A stretch of DNA of 64,000 nucleotides from an uncultured Planctomycetaceae bacterium (GCA_963833985.1 CAWIAD010000001.1:992001-1056000); one strand, 5' to 3'; positions 9,062 through 21,095 are shown, counted from the first letter of the stretch. Program-made: numbers and translations. Notes: a model not told the origin generated them from the letters alone.

Positions 9062-12000
9062 TCACCTCTCCCGAAGCAGCCGGATCGGCTTCGATCCCGC
9101 AGACGTGGGCGTGAGCTCGAGCGTGTCAGGATCCTGTAAACGGAACCGGATCTTCAGTTTGCTCTTGCGGCCGTCACGATCCGTGAGCTCGAGCTGCAAG
9201 ATGGCGTCCCCTTGCCTGGGGAAGTCCCAGCTGCCCTGGAACACTGTGCCATGAGCGTCGGCCCCGGTGTGGAAGACGTCGCCGGTTGTGGGATTCATTC
9301 CCACCAGGGAGACCGACTCGTTGGAGGGGTCCTTGCCAGCCACTTCCAGCACCTGACCCTTGATCTTCCAGGCGAAAGTTGTCTTGTATGCCGCTCCCTT
9401 CGAGCCGGCGTCGACCCAGGTTCCCAGGATCCGGTCCCAGCCGGTCTGGTGGAGCACGGCCAGGAGGTTCGGATGCGTCAAGCTACGGGCGCTCTTTTCA
9501 TCCTCGGCAACGTGGAAGATGAAATCGTTGCTGAACAGGCCGTCCGGGTTCTGGACCTGCAGGAAATGCATGCCGACGGCCGGCAAGCGCGTCAGCTCGA
9601 CCGTGACGGTCTCGCCCTCACGGCGGATCGTCCCGGCAGCGCGATGACCGTCCACGATCACGTTCGCTCCATCCTGAATGTGCCGGCCACTCAGGGTCAT
9701 CGCCGTCGTCTTGCCGTAGAGCACCGGAAACTCCTGCCGCCCGCGTTGCTGCTCGATGGGACCGAGTGTCCAGAGTGCGGGCTGGGGGTTTTCCACGTCG
9801 ACCTTCAAGCCCAGCCGGGCGGTGAACGTGCCCAGGAACCTTCCGTCGGCTGCCAGTGCGACGAGCGCCCTTCTGGTGAACGGCACGGGGTCGCCGTCTC
9901 GTCTCACGTAGGCACCGCCCTGGACGGACGGGTCGTACTGGAAGGCCACCGCTGTCGCTTTCCCCGGCTCCAGGAACACGCCCTCGCTCTGGAGCACGAC
10001 ACCGCCATCCCGGGCGGACCGCTCCAGGGCATCGAGCAGGTCAGCGGTGAGCGCAGAGCCGGCGGCCTGGCGGTTCAGAGTCACCTGCCGGGCGAATGCA
10101 CCCGAAAAGCCGGTGCTGCCCTCCAGGACCATGTTCCAGGCCGGGTCGAAGCGGCGCCGGCCCGCCCACGAGAATTGCCAGACGCTCCGCTCCGGCGTCC
10201 CCTGCTCGGCCACCCTGCGGAAGAAGTCGAAGTCGATGATGTTCAACCGGCCCTGCGGCAAAATGAGCCAACGATCATAGGCCCCGCGCCAGGTCGGCGC
10301 ATCCATCCCGGTGCCCGGCGTATTGGTGCTGGTCCAGAAGGGCATGCGATGGCAGTCGCCGCAGACATTGGGCTTCGTCTTCGTGGGGTCGTTATCGCCG
10401 TCCACGTGGAAGAGCCGGAACCCCCGTACGGCTGCGCTCGACATCACGTTGGTGTATGGACGCCGTTGCGCCGGGGGATAGGGAACGCCGAGCAGGAACT
10501 TCGCCATGTCGTCGCGCTCCGCCGCGGTGAGCTTTCCCGGTTTCCCCTCGTCATTAACCGTCCCGTCACCCACGGTGCTCATGGTACCGGCCAGGGCGCC
10601 GTCGACGAGGTTCCGCGCACTGCTTTCCGGCACGCTCACGCTGCTGTTGGGCGGCGAGCTGCCGTAGACGTTCGCGCTGTTGTTTCCCCCGTAGGGATCA
10701 CCCGGAATACCGTCCCAGTGGTACGGTTCAGTATCTCTCAGACCGCGCACCGGCATGGTGGACCGGGGCATGATCTGGTTGCCCCCGGTGACGATCGGAG
10801 TTTTCAAGACCCAGAGCAGCTGATCGGTGTGCCCGTCGGGATGGCAGCTCGCACAGGAGAACGTGCCGGTGGTGGACGCGGCTGCACTCTCGAAGGCGAT
10901 GCGTCCGCGCTTCACGGCTGGGTGCGTGGGGTCCTCCAGCGAAATCGTTTCCAGGACGCGCAGGCGCGCCGGTTCGGCAAGGTCAACAAGCGAAACGGTA
11001 TTGCTGCCCGCGCTCAGCACCCAGGCGTGGGAAAGCTTGCCGCGCTCGGCCGATTCCAGGGCGATCCCGCGCGGCACGGCTCCGACCTCGACACGCCCGA
11101 GCACGGCACCGGTCGCGGCATCAACGGTGAAGACCCTGTTCGACCCGGCCGCCGTCACAACCAGGGTCGCATCGTCATCGCTCACCTGGATTGCAAACGG
11201 CGTCGCCAGCGCCATCCCCCGGGCAGGATGGTTTGGCGGCACCGGCTCGAGGTCGAAGAACTTCGGAGACTCCGCGGATGCCCCATGGAAATCGACTCTC
11301 GTGATCCGGTTCAGGAAGGCGCGGTTCTCCAGCTCAGCCAGGCCATGCTTCTTCGTGCCTGCACGGCCGTTGGCATCATTGCGCGCATCGGTCTGAGTGA
11401 TGTAAACGCGTCCTTTCGTATCCACGGCCAGTCCGTATAGCAGCGTCCCCAGGCCGTCGACCACGGTGACCAGCTTGTCCGTCGCGGTGTCGAAAACAAA
11501 GAGGTCGCGGTCGGGAACCCGCGGATGCTTGACGATGTCCACGACCGCGCCCAGCGACAGCACGTTGTTATTCGCCACGGAATGTTTGTAGGCGTCGAAG
11601 GTGACCAGGTTGCCATCGATGCGCCCGGTTCCGCCCGAGAGCTGCGTCTGGTTGTGGGACTCGAAGGGCACCACGAAGAGCCGGCCAGCGCACACTGCGA
11701 TGGCGCGCGGGTCCTGGGCGGGGATCGTCAGCCGGTTGGTGATCTGGCGGGTGGCGACGTCCACGACCGCGATCGTATTTTCGGAAGAAAGGGCGACATA
11801 AGCCTTGGCATTGCTGGCGAAGGCGATGCCGACCGGCTCATCGAACCGGGTGGCCCGGGTGTCCGGATCGAAGTCCTGGATCGTCGCAAGCACCTGGAAC
11901 CGGGTCGGGCTGGCGGGATCGGCGTCGATGACGCTGACAGAGTCGGACACGTGATTGGAAACCCAGACCTCCTTGCCGTCCGGCCGGACCGCGATACTGG

Positions 12001-12283
12001 CCGGGTTGATACCGACGTTCACCCGCGTGATGACAGCCCTGGTGGTGGCGTCGATCACGTCGACGGTGTCGGCGGGGGTATTCGCCGCGTAAACAAGTCC
12101 TCCGCTCACGGCGATGGGCGCGGCGTGCGGGCTCATGAACTGTGGGTGGCCGACGGCCGTCGGCGGCCGCGGAGTAGCGGGCGCCGGGGTCCGGCTTGCC
12201 GGAACCCCCGGGGCCACGATCAGGCCGCCGTAGAGAATCGCCGACAGCCCCAGTGCGACACACCCCAGAAAGAGACGAGCCAT
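9062..12283 (-). CDS. Exported YncE/YVTN beta-propeller fused to a di-heme c-type cytochrome (peroxidase/MauG-like) domain and a C-terminal beta domain
   Basis: Signal peptide; propeller blades (YAANTPADTVDVID, VRPDGKEVWVSNHVSDSVSVID); two CxxCH motifs CASCH and CGDCH. Confidence 0.8.
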   Translation of the reverse strand: MARLFLGCVALGLSAILYGGLIVAPGVPASRTPAPATPRPPTAVGHPQFMSPHAAPIAVSGGLVYAANTPADTVDVIDATTRAVITRVNVGINPASIAVRPDGKEVWVSNHVSDSVSVIDADPASPTRFQVLATIQDFDPDTRATRFDEPVGIAFASNAKAYVALSSENTIAVVDVATRQITNRLTIPAQDPRAIAVCAGRLFVVPFESHNQTQLSGGTGRIDGNLVTFDAYKHSVANNNVLSLGAVVDIVKHPRVPDRDLFVFDTATDKLVTVVDGLGTLLYGLAVDTKGRVYITQTDARNDANGRAGTKKHGLAELENRAFLNRITRVDFHGASAESPKFFDLEPVPPNHPARGMALATPFAIQVSDDDATLVVTAAGSNRVFTVDAATGAVLGRVEVGAVPRGIALESAERGKLSHAWVLSAGSNTVSLVDLAEPARLRVLETISLEDPTHPAVKRGRIAFESAAASTTGTFSCASCHPDGHTDQLLWVLKTPIVTGGNQIMPRSTMPVRGLRDTEPYHWDGIPGDPYGGNNSANVYGSSPPNSSVSVPESSARNLVDGALAGTMSTVGDGTVNDEGKPGKLTAAERDDMAKFLLGVPYPPAQRRPYTNVMSSAAVRGFRLFHVDGDNDPTKTKPNVCGDCHRMPFWTSTNTPGTGMDAPTWRGAYDRWLILPQGRLNIIDFDFFRRVAEQGTPERSVWQFSWAGRRRFDPAWNMVLEGSTGFSGAFARQVTLNRQAAGSALTADLLDALERSARDGGVVLQSEGVFLEPGKATAVAFQYDPSVQGGAYVRRDGDPVPFTRRALVALAADGRFLGTFTARLGLKVDVENPQPALWTLGPIEQQRGRQEFPVLYGKTTAMTLSGRHIQDGANVIVDGHRAAGTIRREGETVTVELTRLPAVGMHFLQVQNPDGLFSNDFIFHVAEDEKSARSLTHPNLLAVLHQTGWDRILGTWVDAGSKGAAYKTTFAWKIKGQVLEVAGKDPSNESVSLVGMNPTTGDVFHTGADAHGTVFQGSWDFPRQGDAILQLELTDRDGRKSKLKIRFRLQDPDTLELTPTSAGSKPIRLLRER

Positions 12284-12549
12284 CGTGGAGTCCTTGTGGT
12301 TACCTGTCTTGTAGCCGCGTGTGTAGCCGCGTTCAGAACGGCTCCGCGCCGACTATTGTCGCGCACTGCCCGGGTTGTGACAGCCGGGTACCCCTGGCTT
12401 ACATCGAAAAATGCCGGTAAGGTCACCGGGACACAGCCGCACGCGGAGAAGGCGTCGATAGCGTCTGGATTTGCAGTACGGACCGGAGGTATCGTCCAGG
12501 CAGGCGGCGGTAGGTCCAGGGCCGTTTTCCGTCGCAGGGGAGCTTCGCG

Positions 12550-13641
12550 ATGCACAACAGGCTACCGGAAGTGGATACGCGACGGATGCACCGCCGGGGT
12601 TTCCTGGAGGCCGGACTGACCGCCGGACTGGCCGCCGGTGCCCTCCGGCGCGGTGGCGCCGCCGGTGCCGATGAGCCGCAGCCCGTCATGGCCATGCAGA
12701 CACCGGCGCTCCCGTGCCGGAGCTTCGGCAGGCAAGGAATGCGGCTGCCGATCCTCGCATTCGGAGGGTCGGCCATGGTGACCCGGTGGCAATCGACGTA
12801 CGGCCCGCAGCTCTCATTCGATCGTCGCGTGGCGATGGTGCGCCATGCCTTCAACGCGGGAGTCCGCTACTTCGACACCTCGCCCAACTACACCGAGAGC
12901 GAGTCGATTATTGGCGCGGCGCTGCACGACGTTCGGGGCCGGATCTTCCTGGCGACGAAGGTTGGCGTACCTCCCAGCGACAACACGATCCTCGTACGTA
13001 GCCAGGTGCGCGAGAGCGTCGAGAACTCGCTCAAGCGGCTCCAGACCGACGCGGTGGACTGCATTCAGGTGCACGGTCCGGTCTTCGAGTACTGCGGATA
13101 CCAGCGCGCCCGGGAGCTTTACGAGGAGCTCGTCAAGCTTCGTGAGGAGAAGCTCTGCCGCCGGATCGGGCTGACGGGACACAACGCCTTCGACACGATG
13201 TTCCGGCTCATCGACACGGGCCAGTTCGACCAGCTTCTGCTCGCCTATGGGTACTTCCCCAAGGGCATGGACATGATCCTCTCGCCGGCGAGCCTCGCCT
13301 GGCGCGAGCGCTGCCTGGACCGGGCGCGGGAACTGAGCATGGGCGTCGTGGCGATGAAGGTGATGGGCTCGTTCCTCTTTGGACACCGGGCGCAGGCCAT
13401 CGTGCCGGGATTCCCGCCCGAGAAGCTCGCGCGGCTCCGCGCGGCCGCGCTCAAGTGGGTCCTGCACGACGACCGCATCACGCTGGCTGTGGTCGGAGTT
13501 TCGCGGCCTGAGGACATCGACGAGAACGTCGCAACGCTGGCCGGCGATTTCACGCTGCGCGACGATGACCGCAAGATTCTCTCCGAGTTCTCCACCCAGG
13601 CGTTCCAGAGCCCCATCATCCGGCAAATGAAGGTGGTGTGA
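12550..13641 (+). CDS. Tat-exported aldo/keto reductase
   Basis: RRGFLEAG twin-arginine signal; GVRYFDTSPNY, IFLATKV, SLKRLQTD, AMKVMG (start may be 12586). Confidence 0.9.
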   Translation: MHNRLPEVDTRRMHRRGFLEAGLTAGLAAGALRRGGAAGADEPQPVMAMQTPALPCRSFGRQGMRLPILAFGGSAMVTRWQSTYGPQLSFDRRVAMVRHAFNAGVRYFDTSPNYTESESIIGAALHDVRGRIFLATKVGVPPSDNTILVRSQVRESVENSLKRLQTDAVDCIQVHGPVFEYCGYQRARELYEELVKLREEKLCRRIGLTGHNAFDTMFRLIDTGQFDQLLLAYGYFPKGMDMILSPASLAWRERCLDRARELSMGVVAMKVMGSFLFGHRAQAIVPGFPPEKLARLRAAALKWVLHDDRITLAVVGVSRPEDIDENVATLAGDFTLRDDDRKILSEFSTQAFQSPIIRQMKVV

Positions 13642-13698
13642 ACCCGGAGTATCCCCGGGCTCCATGACAGCCCTTTGCCACGACGGGAGGACGACCCC

Positions 13699-14709
13699 AT
13701 GAAACGACTTTTCCTCGGAGCGCGCACGGCTCTGGCAGCCGCGATCTTGTTACCGGCCGGCGCCAGAGCCGACGATCCACCGATCCCGACAGGCTCAGAC
13801 CCGGCGTTCCAGGCGCCCATGAGCCTGATCTTCTCGCACAGTCGCTTCAATATTACCGCCCTACACGAAGGGTCGCTGAAGGTCCTCACTCACTCCGAGC
13901 GGGACTTCAAGCCCGTCTCCAGCCCCGATGGCAAGCTCGCGGTCTTCTTCAGGGTGGCGTCTTATGGGGACGGCAGCTTCGAGACCTGGCGCACGGCCAT
14001 CTGCATCATCCACACTGACGGCACCGGCTTCCGCCAGCTCACCGACGGACGGTACGCCGACTACAATCCGACCTTCATGCGCGATGGCACGAACCGTATC
14101 CTCTTCAACAGGTACGCTCGCAAGGCGCGGGGCATCAGTGAAATCTATGTCACGACGCCGATGGCCGAGCCCGGCACGGAGCGGACGGTCTCGCACCCGA
14201 GCGTTCCCGCCTACGAATGGGTGTACAGCACACTCAAGGATGGGCGCCTGTTCGTGCACCGGATCGAGACGAGCGAGCGCGAGGTTTACCTGCTGACGCC
14301 GAACCCAGGCGGCCTGGGGAAGTACGAGCGTGTGCGGATGCCGTCGAACCAGTACATCCACAAGGTGTGTATCTCCCCGAGCGAAACGAAGATCACCTAC
14401 ATGCTGGACAACGACAACAACGGGGCCACCTACGCCGACGCAAGGATCGCCTGGGCCCGGCTCGACGTGCAGGGACCGCGGGTCTACGATGAGACGCTGA
14501 TCACGCCCGACAGCCCCACGACCATCGAGGAATACCCGAAGTGGAGCCACGACGAGTCGATGGTCCTGTACGATTCGAACAAGGCGAACCGCGGTGGTGC
14601 GCTCTACCAGATCTACGCATACCGGATCGCCGACGGCGTGGAGCGGAGCCTCTCACTCGACCCCAAGCAGAACGACCAGTTCGTGTGTGTCCTGGGTCTG
14701 CCGAAGTAG
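13699..14709 (+). CDS. Secreted TolB/PD40-like beta-propeller protein
   Basis: GGAGG RBS, signal peptide (ARA); SPDGK, DYNPTF, ISPSETKI, YPKWSHD blade motifs. Confidence 0.75.
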   Translation: MKRLFLGARTALAAAILLPAGARADDPPIPTGSDPAFQAPMSLIFSHSRFNITALHEGSLKVLTHSERDFKPVSSPDGKLAVFFRVASYGDGSFETWRTAICIIHTDGTGFRQLTDGRYADYNPTFMRDGTNRILFNRYARKARGISEIYVTTPMAEPGTERTVSHPSVPAYEWVYSTLKDGRLFVHRIETSEREVYLLTPNPGGLGKYERVRMPSNQYIHKVCISPSETKITYMLDNDNNGATYADARIAWARLDVQGPRVYDETLITPDSPTTIEEYPKWSHDESMVLYDSNKANRGGALYQIYAYRIADGVERSLSLDPKQNDQFVCVLGLPK

Positions 14710-14905
14710 CCCCATCGGCCTGACGTACGCGGTGCCACGATCGGGAGACCGCCGCGGTGGACCGATTGACCTCGAATGTTGAGCGCATGGTTGTCCGCAT
14801 GGTGGAGGCGTTCTGATCACGCCTCCGGCGACATGGCGCGGGGTGAAGGAGGTCTCGACGGGTGCTGCACGCGGCCGGGCGGGCGCCGCCTGGGCCTACT
14901 TCCAA

Positions 14906-14933
14906 TTGTCTTCCCCGCCGATCCACTTATAAT
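14906..14933 (+). promoter_or_regulatory. Putative sigma70 promoter of rpsA
   Basis: TTGTCT-N16-TATAAT about 160 nt upstream of rpsA. Confidence 0.55.
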
Positions 14934-15091
14934 GCAAGATTGCGGCGGTCTGCCCCTTGCGTGGAGGGGCGGGCGTTTCTTTCTCTTTCTGGCATTCACG
15001 GGCGATGGCCTGAGCGACCGCACCTGCGCCTTGCCCGTCCAATCCGCCTTGCCCTCGGGGGTCAAGGACGGAATCGAAACGAATCGAGAAC

Positions 15092-16873
<1,782 letters not shown>

Positions 16874-16996
16874 GGGGACCACGGCACAGGCCAGCTCCCT
16901 GACGTGTCACCAGTGTGTCGCCACAACGCAACTCGCTGATGCAAAACGGCGTGTATTCTGAGAGCAGGCTCGCTCGGAAATCGGTAGACACTCACG

Positions 16997-17034
16997 ACCG
17001 CCGCCTCGGCCAGAACCGGGGCGGCGGTTTTTTT
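16997..17034 (+). terminator. Rho-independent terminator of rpsA
   Basis: ACCGCCGCCTCGG/CCGGGGCGGCGGT stem followed by a T-run. Confidence 0.85.
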
Positions 17035-17599
17035 GTGCTGCCCCGAAAGCCCCCGCCAGGCAGGCGCTTCCCCACTTCCGCACCGCAAGATCCTCCCACT
17101 CCCACGACCCGGCATGTCTTACCCGGATAGTCGGATTTACCAAATCGCTAATCCACGCATATTCCCAATACGCCCTAGATTTCCAGGTCGGTGTTAAGTT
17201 ATCAAAGAAGGTCGTCCGATATCTCGTAGTGTGGAAGCGTGAGCGGCAAAGGGGGATGGATAGACAAGGAGGGCGACGGCGGCGGGGGGACCATCTCTCG
17301 CGCCGGAGCCGGAGATCCCCAGCCTGTCGGGCGCGAGGCAGACGGCGTGAGCCGGCGCAAGTGCAGCCGCGGGGAGAGTCGGCGGGATGACCGAGGCTTT
17401 GCCGGGAGCGTCCGTGGTCCACGGGGAGTGACAGCGAGCGATGGTGCTCGGCCGCGGGCCGGTACCGCGGTCTCGTCCGGGGCGGTGCAGGGGGAAGACA
17501 CCCGGGTGCCGGTTCGACGTCTGGCCGGCTCCGCTCTTTCTCTCCCTGCGGTCGTTGAATTGAGCGGACCCAGTTTTGGCCGACACAACGAGGATCTTC

Positions 17600-18436
17600 A
17601 TGGCCCGTATTCGCCGACACCGACGTGATCCGGTTCAGAGCCCTCTGGAGACTTATCTCCGGGAAATCAACGAAATGGCGCTGCTGACCGCTGACGAGGA
17701 GAAGGACCTGGCGCACCGGATCGCCAGCGGCGACGACCTGGCACGCGATCGCATGGTTCGCGCCAATCTCCGGCTGGTGGTGAACATCGCCCGGGGATAT
17801 GCCGGCAAGGGACTCGCGCTCCAGGACCTCATCGAGGAAGGGAACCTCGGTCTGCTGCGTGCCGTGGAGGGGTTCGACCCCGAAGTCGGAACGCGGTTCA
17901 GCACCTACGCCAGCTACTGGATCAAGCAATCTATTAAACGCGCACTTGTAAATACGGCAAAGCCGATCCGGATTCCGGCGTACATGGTGGAGCTGCTCTT
18001 CAAATGGCGGCGCATGTCGGCCGACCTACAGGACGCCCTGGGGCGGCCGCCGACCATCGAGGAGATTGCCAAGGCACTCGAGCTTCCCAAGAAGAAGCTC
18101 GCCATCGTCAAGAAGGCCATCAAGGTCTATAACCTCGTCCCCCAGACCGATCAGCCGGAGAATGGCTGGAGCCTGGGTGAGATGCTCATGGACGAGCGCA
18201 CCCGCACGCCCGACGTCGAGATGGTCGAGGCCGATAACCTGCGCCTGGTGATGCACCGGCTGGAAGAGATGGACAAGCGCGAGGCCACCGTCCTGCGCAT
18301 GCGGTTCGGGCTCAACGATGCGCCTCCCAAGACGCTCAAGGAGATTGGCGAGTCCCTGGGGCTGACCCGCGAGCGCGTGCGCCAGATCGAGAACGAGGCA
18401 CTGGGCAAACTATCGGCGTCACTTCAGGCAGATTGA
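17600..18436 (+). CDS. RNA polymerase sigma-70 family factor (RpoD/SigA-like, lacking region 1.1)
   Basis: LETYLREI (r1.2), ANLRLVVNIA, DLIEEGNLGL, RFSTYASYWIKQ, TLKEIGESLGLTRERVRQIE. Confidence 0.95.
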   Translation: MARIRRHRRDPVQSPLETYLREINEMALLTADEEKDLAHRIASGDDLARDRMVRANLRLVVNIARGYAGKGLALQDLIEEGNLGLLRAVEGFDPEVGTRFSTYASYWIKQSIKRALVNTAKPIRIPAYMVELLFKWRRMSADLQDALGRPPTIEEIAKALELPKKKLAIVKKAIKVYNLVPQTDQPENGWSLGEMLMDERTRTPDVEMVEADNLRLVMHRLEEMDKREATVLRMRFGLNDAPPKTLKEIGESLGLTRERVRQIENEALGKLSASLQAD

Positions 18437-18457
18437 CCGGCAGCCCGCGCCTCGGTG

Positions 18458-19332
18458 TCACGTATTTTGCCGAGATCCGCCCGGCGCATGTGCTTCTTGC
18501 CGTGGCGGCCGGGCGGTTCGCCGGGAAGCGTAGCGTTTCAGCGTTCGGAGGCCCAGCCAGCCCGCACCGGCCGTCAAGAGGACCATCAGGGCAGTCGGTT
18601 CGGGGATCGGCGAGGGCAAACGACCCTGGAGCGCCCGCAGGTTGGTCAGCGGTTTGGCGCCGAGAAGCTGCTCGCAAAGCTTCCCTGGAACGTGCTGTTG
18701 GACTGCGGCACAACCCGGAAGTAGGCCTCGGGGCCGAACGCCTGCGCGAGCACGCCGCCGGTGATCTTGACGTTCAGGTCGAAGGTCTCCGTCCCGGCCA
18801 GCGACGTGCGAGACTCCGACTGCACGCCGAAGCTGGTGGGCGTCCCCTCCAGCAGCAGGCCGCGATAGACCTGATTGCCGATCACCACGCTGCCGTAAAG
18901 CTGGAAACGGTTCTCCGGGTTGTCCACCAGCTGGCCCTTCTGGTTGAGCATCAACTGGAGCGTCTGGCTGAGAGTCCCGTCCTGGTCGGGCTTCATGCTC
19001 AGCATGTCGCTGCCGGTCGGCCCCACCGCGATCAGCTGTGGAGAGTTCATCACCTGGAACAGGCCCGTGCCGGTCGCCGCATTGTAGGTGTAGGTCTGCG
19101 AGCCCACCAGGTCGCCGGCAATGTCAGGATAGGCGCGCGAGGCCTTCGGGCGGATGACGTCGCCACGTGCGGGCCAGGCAAGAGAAAGCAACATCACCAG
19201 CACCGGGGCCGCGGCCATCGCGAACCGCTGGGACAGGCTTCGGCAGCTCCTCGCCGCGCGGCGCCCTGGCGGGTCGCCGTGGCGAAAGCATTCTCCTGCA
19301 TCAATGAATTTCAACGCGCACGCACGTCGCAT
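18458..19332 (-). CDS. PEP-CTERM surface protein, split by a 1-nt frameshift near 18660 (start may be nearer 19218)
   Basis: ORF 18646-19332 has a signal-like segment; the shifted frame continues GAKPLTNLRALQGRLPSPIPEPTALMVLLTAGAGWLGLRTLKR to a stop at 18458. Confidence 0.75.
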
Positions 19333-20021
19333 GACAGCCCATCACCGAGCCGGCGGGGCCGGCTCTGCTGACCTCCCTGGAGTGGATCCGTGGCGGCCTG
19401 GCACCGGCGGGTCAACCCCGCGCAGGGATTGGCACGTCGCGCATGCCGGCCGTACGGGGCCGCGAAGCCGGATGCGCGTGCCCACTGCGGGCAAGCCGCG
19501 CGAATCAGGCGTCAGGGCCTGGTGCCGATTTGAAAGCGAAGGGGTCGCAACCGGGAGGGAATCAGTGGTGGTCGGAGATCAATGATGGGGCCCGGGGCAG
19601 CAACCAGTTCCTTCAACCGCCAGGAGTCCTTTCCTCGATTGGGTGCTGGAAATCATTTCCATTCGAGCGGTCAATCGGTCGGGGATAGGGAAAGACGGCA
19701 CGCGGCGGAAACCAGAGTGCGGCGCGGACCCTTTGCCCGACCGGCGGATTAGACCGCGGAACGCCCTGCCTGTCAATGTGAACGAGGGCCTTCGTTGCGG
19801 AATTTCACCACGGGACAGTTGCGAGACGGCTTTTTGGACGGTCTTCGATTTTTTTGTCGGAAGCTCGTGCGAACTCGCAATGTACGTGGCAGCCAGACCG
19901 GCATCTCGACGGGGTGTCGAGGGGGCAGGCCAGGTCTATACTCAGTCGGGATTTGCAATCCTGGCAGCAAAGCTGACAGACCGAAATTCCGCCCAAGAGC
20001 CAACCATGGAGTCAAGGATTC

Positions 20022-21095
20022 ATGAGACCGCAACTGCACTGCCGCTTCGCCGTGGCATTGATGACGACCGCCTGTCTGGGGACGGCGGCTCGAGCCGACA
20101 ACATCACGATTCTCAACACGGTCGTATCGCACGGCTATGAGTTCATCAACTTCGACGGCCCCGGCGCAGGGACGAACGCGGGCGCCGGCACGAACATGAA
20201 CGGCATCTCGAACTCGGGAACCCTGGTCGGCGTGTCGATCGACAACGCCGGCGCCTTCCACAACTTCACCGTCAACCCGCTGGTCTCGACCACAGTGAAC
20301 CCGCTGAACATCAATGGCTCCACGGCCGCCATGGCCTTCGGCGTCAACTCGGCCGGCACAGTCGTCGGCACCGACGGCAATGGCAACGGCTTCTTCCTGC
20401 CTAATGGCGGTACTCCGACGACCTTCAATCCGAACAGCGGAACGAACGTCATGGCCTTCGGCATCAACGATCACGGGTCGATCGTGGGCCAGTACACGAC
20501 CGCCGGCGGCACCTCGCCCGGCTTCCTGCTGAACGGGACGAACGTGACCACGATCAATTCTCCTTCCGGGCCGGACGTTGTGAATGCCCAGGGCATCAAC
20601 AACAACGGCCTGATCGTGGGCTTCTACCAGGGCACCGATGGTAATGCCCACGGGTTCACGGCCAATGCGAGTTCGGCGGTGAACAACAGCCTCACCGGTA
20701 CCCCGGTCGCCGACCCGACGATTCCGCCAGTCGCAGGCGAGCCGGGCGCCACGTTCGTCTTCTCGCAGATCCTGGGAGTCAACGACCACGGCATGGCGGT
20801 CGGCTACTACGGCGACTCGACGACCAGCCAGCACGGCTACTTTTACAACACGATCACCGGCAAGTACACCTTCCTGGATGATCCCAACGCCGCGTTCTCC
20901 AACGGGGTGGTCGTCACCCAGATCACGGGCATCAACAACTCCGGCGAGATCTCGGGCTTCTACTCGGATGCCAGCGGTGTCTTCCACGGCTTCGTCGCCT
21001 TTGCCGTGCCCGAGCCCAGCTCCATGGCACTGCTGGGCATCGGTGTCAGTGGGGTGGTGTTCTGGGCGCGGCAGCGAAGGAGGACCAGGGTCTGA
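20022..21095 (+). CDS. PEP-CTERM protein with HAF-like extracellular beta repeats
   Basis: Signal peptide (ARA); repeated A.GIN..G.IVG.Y...G..HGF; C-terminal VPEPSSMALLGIG...RQRRR. Confidence 0.9.
   Translation: MRPQLHCRFAVALMTTACLGTAARADNITILNTVVSHGYEFINFDGPGAGTNAGAGTNMNGISNSGTLVGVSIDNAGAFHNFTVNPLVSTTVNPLNINGSTAAMAFGVNSAGTVVGTDGNGNGFFLPNGGTPTTFNPNSGTNVMAFGINDHGSIVGQYTTAGGTSPGFLLNGTNVTTINSPSGPDVVNAQGINNNGLIVGFYQGTDGNAHGFTANASSAVNNSLTGTPVADPTIPPVAGEPGATFVFSQILGVNDHGMAVGYYGDSTTSQHGYFYNTITGKYTFLDDPNAAFSNGVVVTQITGINNSGEISGFYSDASGVFHGFVAFAVPEPSSMALLGIGVSGVVFWARQRRRTRV

Noticed and set aside
9212..11440. Long antisense ORFs (also 2912-4528, 15107-16585, 30161-31507, 35766-37319, 60216-61640)
   Set aside because: Shadow ORFs opposite well-supported genes, expected in high-GC DNA; no recognisable motifs
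16934..16982. Hammerhead ribozyme (CTGATG...GAAA)
   Set aside because: Core reads CTGATGC rather than CTGANGA, and the stems do not fit hammerhead topology
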